This document shows positions 7,990 to 17,604 of a stretch of DNA of 18,048 bases, piece after piece. Positions within the stretch are counted from its first letter, which is position 1; every line of letters begins with the position of its first letter. The DNA comes from Fonticula alba ATCC 38817 (lineage: Eukaryota > Protista > Nucleariida). The position numbers and the translations under genes are program-made. The stretch lies in NCBI GenBank assembly GCA_000388065.2, contig KB932216.1; one strand, 5' to 3'. The notes beneath the pieces were generated by a model. It did no database searches, was not told where the DNA came from, and was given only the letters and a program-made list of their open reading frames with translations.

Positions 7990-10900
7990 GGGCCAGCTGC
8001 CCGCGCATGCTCGCCCTACTTGCCGGGGAAGGTGCCCGGAGCGGCCACATCGCCCTCCGGTTGGCTGCGGCCCGGCGGCGCACCGGACGAACTTCACATG
8101 GCTCTTGTGGGCGCAGGAGCCATGGCTCACACACGGGCCTCGGTCACAAGGGGCGTGGTAAATCGGCGACCGCCCCAGCCCTCTCCCGGCTGGCCCGCCG
8201 CCAAGCGCCCGGCCCGCGGGTTGAGCGTGAGCATGCGCCCCCCCCCCCCCCCCCCCCCGTCCCTCCTCCTCCATCGGCCCAGCCTGCCACCGGGGGAGGC
8301 GGAAGATTGCCCGTCACATGCGATGCCGGATGCATTTTGCTGCCCGGCGATGGCGCCTCACTCGGGCACATTCACTGGGCCACTGGCATGGGTCGGCTGC
8401 AGCGGGGGTGCCCGATCAGACAGATCAATGGCCAGCACCCGATGTCGGGCCCGCCTTCCACGGGGCTCTCACCGGCCGGGCGCCCACCCAAAGGAAGCCC
8501 GGCCCCGGGGGACACCACTCCGAGAAAGGCGCCCCCGGCCGGGACCTTTCTCCTTGTGCCACCAGGCGGCCCGGCAGCCCGGCATCCGGGGAGCCGGCGG
8601 GCAAACAACCGCGAAGGGCTGCCCCTCCCTTCAAAGGGGGGCCCCCGTGGGTACCATCGAGCGGCTGCTCGCCAGCCCGACTGAAGCCTCGACCCGGCTC
8701 GCGCATGTGTTCCCCGGCAGCCGTGTGCTGGGGCCTTCGCCCGCGGCAGGCACGCCAGAGGGGGCGGGGGAGGGGGCGGACTTCCTTCGCCCGTCGAGTG
8801 CCATGGCACCCCCCGGCCCCGGCGGCCACAGGGCCGTCGTCGTCACGCGCGGGACGCCTCTCCAAGGGGAGCCATCCCCGAGGCGGCACACCGTCCCGCG
8901 GCTTGGGGCAGATCCTACCAGCGGCTCAGGCAGCAACTCGGCCCCCACATGCCCTCTCGGCCGGCCTCGCCGCCATGCGCCCCGGCTTCCCCTCCATTCA
9001 TCCACATCCCCGAGCACGCACGAAGGCATACACACACACAACCCGGCCTTGCCTCTTTCACATCCCCGACCGATGGACCCAGCCAAGGAGCAGTTCAGTC
9101 CCACCCACCGCTCGACGCCAAAACCCAGGCACCCCGGCACCACCGGCCCCGGTGCACCGAGCAGACCGCCGACATGCGGCCTGCGTGGCCCTGCCAGTGG
9201 CTGCCCACCTCCGAGCAGACCGGGCGGAACACCCGCATGATCGACCCCTTCTTCCGCGCGACCCGCAGAGCGCCCCCCCCCCCCCCCAGGACACACGGTT
9301 CCGAGGCCCCTGGGCACGCTTTTGCTGGGGCTCGCCGTGATGGCCGGCGGCGGATCTTCGCCTGGGCGAAGGGAGTTGGCTGCTTGCCGCGCCAGATGGC
9401 CTCGTGTTTGCTTCCCAGGACACAACCAAGATGACCCCCGCCATTCGCCCGCCCCTGGGCCCCCCTTCCGGGCAACATCCGCCGCGCGCCACATCCCAAC
9501 GGCGAGCGGTTCGATTAAATCCCACTGCCCCGGGTTAACCGGGCCGCCCTCCCATTCCGGATGCCGGGCGCCGTGCTGCGGCCCGCGCCGAGGCCCCGGC
9601 CTCTGGACTCGGTGCATGGATCCGCCGTCACATGCGCCATGTCGCCCGCATGACGCAGCATGATCGTGTCACGGCACGGGCCGCTCGCCGGCGGCCCCGT
9701 CGCCTTCCCGCCACAGCCATCGCTCCTCGGCCTCGGCCTCCTGCCGTCTCCTAGCCTCCTCCCAGTGGCGACCCCCCCCCCCTGCCGCGGCCTTCCGCCG
9801 GCGGGACTACAGCGGCCCCGTCGCCTGACGCAGGGGATGCCGAAAAAAGGATCGCCCCCTCACGGCCGACACATGGATCGGCACACAGGGCGGGCCCGGA
9901 GCCGTGGAGCCACCGAGGAAAAAGGCGGACCGCCTGCCGGGCGCCCCTCCCTCCGGCGCCTCTCCTGCCGCCGGGCCCACAGCGTCGGGCGGCCACCGCC
10001 AAACACACCGGCCAAAGCCCCGGGGAGGGGGCTCCGCACCGGCCCAGGGCGCAAGAGAGCATGCCGAGGCCAGCGTGCAGCCTATAACCATTAGCTGGGG
10101 CCACCTGCCGAAGGGAGCCAGCCGCCCCTTCGACGCTGCGCGGCGGTGCGGCACAGCTCTGTCCCCCCCCCCCCCCCCGCCCCGCCCCGCCCCGCCTCCT
10201 GAACAGGACCAGTCCACCTGCCGACAGGATGCGGCTGACACATCGCGCATCCACTCCGGCCACTTCGCACACCTGGCCATGCCACCGCAGGGGGCAGGCC
10301 AGCCAGAGCCCTGGCCAGGCCCCCGCCCCGGGAGGTGAGCGACTCGCGAGAAGGCGCAGCCGCGAGCGCTCGCCAAGCGACACACCAAGCGGCCCCGGCC
10401 ACCTGGGCACACCTCGACGCCCCAACAGCCCAGACCCTCGCCCTCCGTGAAGCAGGCCCCTGGCGCCGCGCAAGCTGCCAAGCAGGTGCCGGGGCAGGGG
10501 CGAGGGGACAGCCTTTCGCCCGCACCCCGGCAAACGCGTGTGCCCACGCTTCGGAGGGGACCGGCCCCAGCCAGAGCGACCGCAGCGACAGCCCCTCGCT
10601 CCCCCGGCGGCCGGCCGGCAGGCGAAGGAGGCGCAGGACGCCAAAAGGCCGGGCCCCGCCCCGTGCGTCGCCGCTGCCACCACATTATACTATTGCCGCG
10701 GCCGGGCGTACCAAGGCACACCAACACGGCCAGGGCACCTCGAGCGCGCATGCGGACGCCCGAAGGCCAGAGGCGAAGCGGGAGAAGGCCCGAAAGGTGG
10801 CGAGACGGCACATGCACCGGCAGAGGGGCAGGGCCCCGGGCCGCCCAAGCCGCGAGTCACCCCGACCCCCACGCCCTCCCCCCAGGGCCAGACTGCGGCC

Positions 10901-13900
10901 CGGCGGCCACCGGGGAAATGGCCGCCACGGAGGGGCGCCCCGGCTGGCGCACGGCCGAATGGCCGCGCGGCCGTCACCCGGAGCCGGAGGCCCCCCCCCC
11001 TGGCCGGCGCACCCTGGCCCGACCACGGCCGACCCCAGGCCGCCGGGGGGGGCTGGCGGTCGGGCAGGCGCGCCCGGCCCCCTCCCCCCCGGCGAGCAGG
11101 GCCGCCAATCGCTCCAGCCGCCCCGGGACTGCCCTGCAGGGGGCACATCACAGCGAGAGGGGCATGAGGCGGGGGGGGGGGGGGCATGTACCCCGCGCGC
11201 CGCGCTCTCTCCCGCGGTGCATGCCGGCCCGCCTGCACACAAGGCCGGGGGAAGTCCCGCGCCCAGGACCGCCCCCCCACCCCCCCGGCCCGCGGCGTCT
11301 CTTCCATGCATGGCCCGCACGCTGGCGCATTGTGCCCGGTCCCGGCCGCCACCAGCCGCGCCGCCTCGGCCGCCGGGGCCCGAGCCAGGGTCGCCCCACC
11401 GGGCGGCAACACGCACCCCGGCACATGGGCCCCAGCGCGCGACGGCACCCGACCCCGGGACCGGTCCGTGCCTCCGGCCCCGGAGAAGAGGCCGCAAACG
11501 CATGGTGCCCGGCCTGCTCGCTGCCCGGGCACACCCTGCGCGATCTTGGCCACCCGCCCCGGCCTCCGCGCGAGGCGCTTGCCCGGCGCGTCGGGCCTCG
11601 CCATGTCCGCCTCGGCGGCTCCGTCGCCACCGGCCCCGGTCGCACCTGCCCGCCACACCTCGCAGCCGGCCTTGGCGGTTCGCACCGCGACTGCGCCTCC
11701 CCCCTGGCCCCTTTCCCCCGGGGGGGGGGGGGGGGGAGCATGCCTGTCTCTGCGCCTTGCCCTGGGTCGGCGCCCCGGACCGTCGGCGCCTGGCCCCGGC
11801 CGTCCCCTCCGCGCCCGGTCCGCCGCACACACCCAAGCACACGTGGATGCTGCCACCTCGGCGCCCATGAGCCAGCCAAGGCGGAGGGGGGCGGGGCGAA
11901 CAAGCGCACGATGCCCGGCTGCTGGCTCGTGCCTGGGGCCCGGCACCGGTGGCCGCGCTGGCCAGGGCGCGCCCCAGCCGGGGACCGAGCCATGGGCCCG
12001 CGAGCCGGTCCACATGCCCCGCCCGCCTGCCGCACAGCCGGCTCGACCGGCGCCGCCATGCCCGCACCAGGGGGGGCCACGAATGGGTTGCCCGCGGGCG
12101 CACCCCCTCACTCGGCCACCCGCCCCTCCTCCCGTCGGAGCACCACCGACACAGTGCCTGCCGAGGAAGCACGCGCCAACCCCGCCCCGCTGCCGGCCAC
12201 CATGGCAAGGCCCGGTAGCCCGGCCCCCGGGTGAGGAGGGGCCCCGGCCCCGGTCGCCGCATGCCAGCCGCGCACATCGGCCAAGACAGCGGCACCCGGC
12301 GCACGCCGGCCCGGCCGGCCGCCATACCCCCCGAGCCCGGGCCCCGCACACGCCACCAGGCGTCCCGATCCCCGGAGCAGGGCCCCCGGATGGACCCTTC
12401 GCCGCGGCCTGGCCGGCGCCCCGGCAGGGCATGTGCGAGTCCGCCGCCAGGCACCTCGCGGTCGCCCGCCGCACGGTGCGCTGGCTGTCCCGGGGCGCCG
12501 GCCCCAGCCGGCCCGAAGAGGCCCCGTCGCAAAAAGCAAAAACACCGCCCGCTTGGCCCGTGCCACGGCCCCCCGAGGGACACCTCGCCGCCGCCGCCGC
12601 CGCCGCCGTCGAGGCTGCCCCCGGAGCCGGGTCGCCGGGTCTAACAACATTGCCTCGGAAGTGCCGGCGAAGACGCGGCGAGGGGATCCGCCATGCGACG
12701 CGGGCCCGGGCAGCCTGACACACAGGCACCGGTCGCGCGGCCGGGCGGCGCCCGGAGCATGGGCCCGGCCCCTCCCTCGCCCGGCCCGATCGACCCGGCA
12801 AAGATGCCCGAGCAGCCGGGGCCGCCCAAGCATGTCGCACCGCCCGGCGCCGGCCCCCGGCCAACCCATGCCCCCCACGGCGGTAGCATGTCGCCAGCGC
12901 ACGGGCATCTGGCCAGGAGGGCCGCATCGGCCCGGGCCCGCGAGCGCCATGCCTTCGGCGCGCCCCCGGCCCAACACCTGCCCCACGGCTTGGGGACAGG
13001 CCCGCGGGCGCGCTGGCCGGGCGTCGTCGTCCGGCACCGACCACGCAGCAGGGGCCGCTGCACCATCGGCATGGCCCGGCAATGAGAGCCGCCGGCGCCA
13101 AGCCCCCGGCGCCAGGCTGGCGACCGACACGCAGGCATGCCAAAGCGCGATCCCCGCACAGGCGTGGGCCCCCGGCCGCATGCGCGCACGCGCCTCTCCG
13201 GAAGCGAAGGCCCGAGTGGCTTCCACGCTGGCATAGCGGCCCCGGCATCGGAGCAGCCATCCCGGCTGCCGGGGGTGAATGGGCCACCACAAGCCCGGCG
13301 CGGCCAGGACCTCGGCAGCGGGCCACACGAGGCGCGCCCCTGCGCCCGGTGTGCCGGTGGCCGCCTGCCGCCCGCCCGGCCAGCCGGGGAGGGCCGCCCA
13401 CGCCATCGCCAGCATGTGCGCTGCTCCGGGCAGCCCCGGCGACCTTGGCGCACACCGCCGGCACCGGGCCGGGGGCGGGCGCTCGGCGGCCGTCTGGGCC
13501 GGTGAGGCATGCGCAGCCGGCCGCCATCGCATGCCCGGCATGCGCACCCGGCGACTGGCCATCACGAGCCCCCCTGTCCTGGAGTCGCCAGGCGTGCACG
13601 CCCGATGGCCCGTCGAAGGTCGGCGCATGGCCGGGCCCGGGATGTGGGTGTGCGGTTGCCGGAGGCCGCTCCAGCGCCGGGGACGCCGACCGGGCAGAGG
13701 CGGGCGCCTGTGCTGGCCCGCCCGGCTACTGGCCCGCCCGGCTGCTGGTCCGGTCGCCACGCCCCCCCCCCCCCCGGATGCCCATCGGGACTGATGCACA
13801 GCATCGCACGCCGGCCCAGGCACACAGGGCGGCCATTTGCCGGCGGGTCGGCCACCCGGGGAGAAAGCTCAAAAAGGGGGAAACCGTGTCCGGGCGAGGG

Positions 13901-14321
13901 ACAAGGGGAACACGACACCGCAAGTGCCAGGGACACGCACGCAGGGTGGCCAGTCGCCGGATGATCGGCCACCCCGGCTCGGGAGAAATGGACCACCCCC
14001 AGAAAGGGAGCACCCGAGACAGCATCGTCGTCGCGGAAGGGGAGATGAAAATGGAGAACTCAAGCGAAAATGGCGATGAAAATGAAAACAAAAAATACAA
14101 CACATAATGAAGATCAAGGACAACACACGGCGGTGCATTTTGCCCGTGCGGGGACACACAGCGAGGCAACAGGGGGCATAGTAAAATACAGTCGGCAGGC
14201 ACACGGCACGGCCGGGGAGAGAAGGATGCACACCCGTGGCGCCATGTGTGCCCGCACAGACACACAAGAGAAAGAGGCCGCAGGCGCCTGGTACACCACA
14301 CGCACACACACGCACACACCA

Positions 14322-16283
14322 TCACCGGCTCGCCGCCGCGAGATAGGGCTGGGCAAGCTTCAGCAGGTTCTCCTCCCAGCCATACTGCCGGGCGATGGCG
14401 GAGGCCGGCATCTGCGGATGCAGCCGCAGGAGGGACTTGATTTCGAACAGCCGGCTGGCCACATGCCGGTAGTAGGACGGCGCCCGGAAGGGCACCTTTC
14501 GGCAGGTCGCATCCGCCCGGAGGGAGTTCACCACCTGCGGCAGGGTGCAGCCCAGGTCCACGGCCACCTGGTGCAGCAGCGGGGCCGTGGCCTGGTCGGC
14601 GACCTTCGCCAGCAGCGGGGCCACCTTTTCCACGGGCACATACATGCCCCCGGGCCCGGACCCCGCCTCCGGGGCCAGGGCCAGGAAGAAGTACTCCGGA
14701 CAGTAGAGGTGCAGCAGGGAGAACACCATGTCCGGGCACATGGCCAGCTGCTCGGCAATCTGCCTCACGGTGAAGCGCATCCGCCCGCCGGCCGGGTGCA
14801 CCTGCTCGCCGAGCTGGCGCAATCGCTCGATCTCCGAAAAGGACAGGGCGCCCACCGCCGGGACCGTCCGGCGCAGCTCCGCCAGCGACCCGGCCCCGAC
14901 GAAACGCTTCCGCACCTGGTACAGCGAGATGCCCATCCGGTCGGACACATCGCGCAGGGTCAACGGCGGCCGCAGGCTCCCGAGCCCCTGCAACATCGGC
15001 AGCATGTCCCGGTCCGCATCCACATGGCCCGGCCGCCGGATGAGCCCCAAGTGCCGCAGGGTGATCAGGCTCTTCGGGTCCACGGCCGGCTCCGGGCAAA
15101 GGAGCGCCCGATACAGGGGAGACACCGGCGGCAGGAATGCCCGCACATAGTCCCTCAGGGTCATCGAGTTGGAGCCGGGCCCGGACCGGCCGTCCAGCTC
15201 CAGCGGCCGCGGCACCGACCGGTCGGCCGGCACCGGCAGCACCATCCCCGGCTCATAGTACTTGATGTACCACCGGATCCGGTCCAGCGGGATGCCCGTC
15301 CGGCTGGCCAGCTCGGCCAGCGTCCACCGGCACTCCTGCAGCAGGGCCCGCAGGTGGGCCAGCCGCTCGGCCGGCAGCTCGCCCCACCGGCGGACCCCAT
15401 ACGTGGCATGCAGCAGGGGCCCATGGCAGTCGAAGGTGGCCCGGTCGACGCCGGCCCGCTGGCACACCGTCTCCTCCGACAGGCTGGCGTCGCTGCCGGC
15501 CGGCCCGGCGGCGGCCAGCACCGCTCGCAGGGCGTCCAAGCGCACCGACGGCACCCGCGGCGGCTGGTAGTCCCCCAACTCCGGCACATAGGTGGCCAGG
15601 TCCCTCGCCACGGACTTCGGCGAGGAGGACAGCAGCCAGGCCATCTGCGACAGGGTCAGCCGGGGGGTCACCGATGCCAGGGCCCGGAGCCGGTCGACCG
15701 GCACATGCGGCCGCCGGGCCGCCGGGCCACACGCCTCCGGCAGGTACTCCAGCAGCAGGGACCCCAGCTCCCGCGAGGGGAGCCACACCAGCCGCGGCAG
15801 CAGGTCCCCCAAAACCGGCGGATCCCGCCGGACCAGCCTCGACACATCCTCGAACACCGGATGCCCGGGGCCCAGCCCGGCCAGCGGGCCGCGCCTGGAT
15901 CGCCGCCCCGGCGGGCTCCCCACGCCCAGAGACCCATAGTGCATCATCAGCGCCTTCACCGACAGCCGGTCCAGCCCCAGCAGCCGGCCAATGGTGCAGA
16001 TCGGCGCCAGCGGCCGCCGCACTTGCGGGTCGCCAAGCAGACGCAGAAACAGCTGGAAGTCCTCGATGGTGCTGAACCCCAGTGGCAAGCCCTGCCCATC
16101 GGCCTCGATGTGCCGGCGGCGCTCCGCCCCGGGGGTCGGCTGGTCGGGCCGGCATCGGCCCATGGTCTGCGCCTGGGCGGCCGGCGGTATCGAGGACAGC
16201 CCGGCCCCCCGACACCCGGCGCCGGGAGCGAAGGCCGCCTGCGCCAGGCGCCGGTGTGGGAGGCGCCGGATCGCGCGGAACAT
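14322..16283 (-). CDS. Putative mitochondria-targeted tandem HTH-repeat protein, paralog B (653 aa, intronless)
   Basis: Part of the 14322-16496 ORF. The start is placed at MFRAIRRLPHRRLAQAAFA (16283) because 16284-16496 is a pyrimidine/poly-C leader. It has normal globular amino-acid composition and ~93% GC3 in a hand count of ~345 codons. HTH-like segments include WTLAELASRTGIPLDRIRWYI, LTLRDVSDRMGISLYQVRKRF, FTVRQIAEQLAMCPDMVFSLL, LTLSQMAWLLSSSPKSVARDL and MPASAIARQYGWEENLLK. Homologous to paralog A along its length. Confidence 0.9.
   Translation of the reverse strand: MFRAIRRLPHRRLAQAAFAPGAGCRGAGLSSIPPAAQAQTMGRCRPDQPTPGAERRRHIEADGQGLPLGFSTIEDFQLFLRLLGDPQVRRPLAPICTIGRLLGLDRLSVKALMMHYGSLGVGSPPGRRSRRGPLAGLGPGHPVFEDVSRLVRRDPPVLGDLLPRLVWLPSRELGSLLLEYLPEACGPAARRPHVPVDRLRALASVTPRLTLSQMAWLLSSSPKSVARDLATYVPELGDYQPPRVPSVRLDALRAVLAAAGPAGSDASLSEETVCQRAGVDRATFDCHGPLLHATYGVRRWGELPAERLAHLRALLQECRWTLAELASRTGIPLDRIRWYIKYYEPGMVLPVPADRSVPRPLELDGRSGPGSNSMTLRDYVRAFLPPVSPLYRALLCPEPAVDPKSLITLRHLGLIRRPGHVDADRDMLPMLQGLGSLRPPLTLRDVSDRMGISLYQVRKRFVGAGSLAELRRTVPAVGALSFSEIERLRQLGEQVHPAGGRMRFTVRQIAEQLAMCPDMVFSLLHLYCPEYFFLALAPEAGSGPGGMYVPVEKVAPLLAKVADQATAPLLHQVAVDLGCTLPQVVNSLRADATCRKVPFRAPSYYRHVASRLFEIKSLLRLHPQMPASAIARQYGWEENLLKLAQPYLAAASR
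16194..16283 (-). other. Predicted mitochondrial presequence of paralog B (about aa 1-30)
   Basis: MFRAIRRLPHRRLAQAAFAPGAGCRGAGLSS is Arg-rich and amphipathic-looking, with no acidic residue before D47. Confidence 0.65.
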
Positions 16284-16984
16284 CGCGAAGGGAGAGGAGC
16301 GGGCGGCGGGCGGCGGAGGAGGGCGGAAAGGAAGGGAGGGGGCAAAGTGGAAAAGGGCCAAGACTAGGGGGGAGGGGGGGGGGGGGGGAGGACGATGCCG
16401 TCGTCGTCCGGGGCGCACGCACGCCGCCGGGGCCGCCGAAAAAGATGGAAAGAGCGGCCGACGCCCCCCCCCGGGACCGAGGCGGCGCAGGCACATGCGC
16501 GAGCGATTGCCAACGCATCGCTTCTCGGGTCACCTGCGCCGGCGTTCGGCACGTGGTCCAGGGGCCCGTGAATGCGCGCGTCGCCCGGCTCCCCTCGCGC
16601 CGGCCCGGGCCGCCGGGGGTGTGCCTGGTTGACGCCGACCACGATGCGGGCAATTGCCGGCCCCGGCCGGCGTGGATGTGTTCTTTCATTGGCTCCGGTC
16701 CAGGGCGGCGGCCGGGCCACTGGCGCATGCCTGCGGCCTGGTCCCCACACGGGTGTGGGGGCGTGCCTCTCGCCCGTCGTCGGCGCCGCACGCGCGGCCG
16801 GCGCTCTGGACAGCACTGGCCAGGTCGCTGGGTCGTGCGCGAGGCAGGCCGCCCCCCGGGCCCGGCGATCGCCGCCCCTTCGGTGGCCAGAGCCAGGCCG
16901 GCCTTCCTCGCGTGCCCGAGCATGACCGGCGGAGCCGACTCCCGGGCGTGCCGCGGCATCCGGCCTGGCTGAGGTGGTGCGTAT

Positions 16985-17274
16985 GCCGCGGATCCTGCCA
17001 CTCTGGCCGTGAAGCAGGTGGCCGTGGATCCTGCCACGTTGGCCGTGAAACAAGTGGCCGCGGAGTTTACCACGTTGGTCGTGAAGCAGCTGGCCGTGGG
17101 TCCTGCCACTCTGGCCGTGAAGCAAGCGACCAGAGGATCTCGCCGCGCCACCCCCGAGACAAGCGGCCGCGGCGTTTACCACGTTGGCCGTGAAGCAAGC
17201 GACCAGTGGATCTCGCCGCGCCACCCCCGAGACAAGCAGCCGCGGATCTGGCCGCACCGGCCAGGAGACGTGCC
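16985..17274. repeat. 36-bp degenerate minisatellite (8 units) containing a 73-bp higher-order duplication
   Basis: Units start at 16985, 17021, 17057, 17093, 17129 (37 bp), 17166, 17202 (37 bp) and 17239. The core is GCCGYGGATCCTGCCACKYTGGCCGTGAARCARGTG. 17112-17164 matches 17185-17237 with 1 mismatch in 53 bp. Confidence 0.9.
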
Positions 17275-17583
17275 CCCAGTCGGAATGCCGACCTCGGCCA
17301 TCCATGCCGAGGGCGCTGCTCGCGGGAATGCGCCGGGGGGCGTGGCCGCGCGCCCGCCGCAGCTAGGCCCCCAAGCCGACGGCAGGCCCCGCCCTCCGCC
17401 CTCCGCCATGCCGCGCAGGCCGGCCCCGGAGAGGGGCGCTTCCTGCGGGGGCACCCGCGAGCGCGCCGCGAAGCCCCACCCCCAACACCCAACGCACGCC
17501 CCCCCCCCCGATCGGCGGCCCAACAAACAAACACCCATGAGCGCCAACTCGGTGTCCGGCGCCGAGACGCGCCCAGGGCCGAC

Positions 17584-17604
17584 AACAACAACAACAACAA
17601 CAAC
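17584..17604. repeat. (AAC)7 microsatellite
   Basis: Read directly from the sequence. Confidence 0.95.

Noticed and set aside
9488-9510. GGTTCGATT as tRNA T-loop / Pol III B-box
   Set aside because: It lacks the GTTCRANYC continuation, and I found no A-box, acceptor stem or cloverleaf.
10690-13599. 969-aa ORF and the many overlapping 300-630-aa ORFs in 7.5-13.8 kb
   Set aside because: R/P/G/A-dominated, open in several frames at once, crossing homopolymer runs, with no motifs. This is expected from stop-codon scarcity at ~75% GC.
1-16283. The HTH-repeat genes as transposase ends of a composite mobile element carrying asparaginase
   Set aside because: No DDE/DDD catalytic domain, terminal inverted repeats or target-site duplications were recognised. 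The two copies are only moderately similar and carry presequences.
14070-16367. 765-aa plus-strand ORF (also 4416-5738, 42-602, 692-1525)
   Set aside because: These are antisense shadows of high-GC3 minus-strand genes, with Q/H/R/G-rich composition and no domain signal.
16284-16496. ORF-track start at 16496 for the HTH-repeat protein
   Set aside because: The first 71 codons are low-complexity pyrimidine-tract translation. Met at 16283 begins a presequence-like segment, as the paralog A start does.
16985-17274. CRISPR array (36-bp repeats)
   Set aside because: Units are head-to-tail with no unique spacers, are degenerate, lie in eukaryotic context and have no cas genes nearby.
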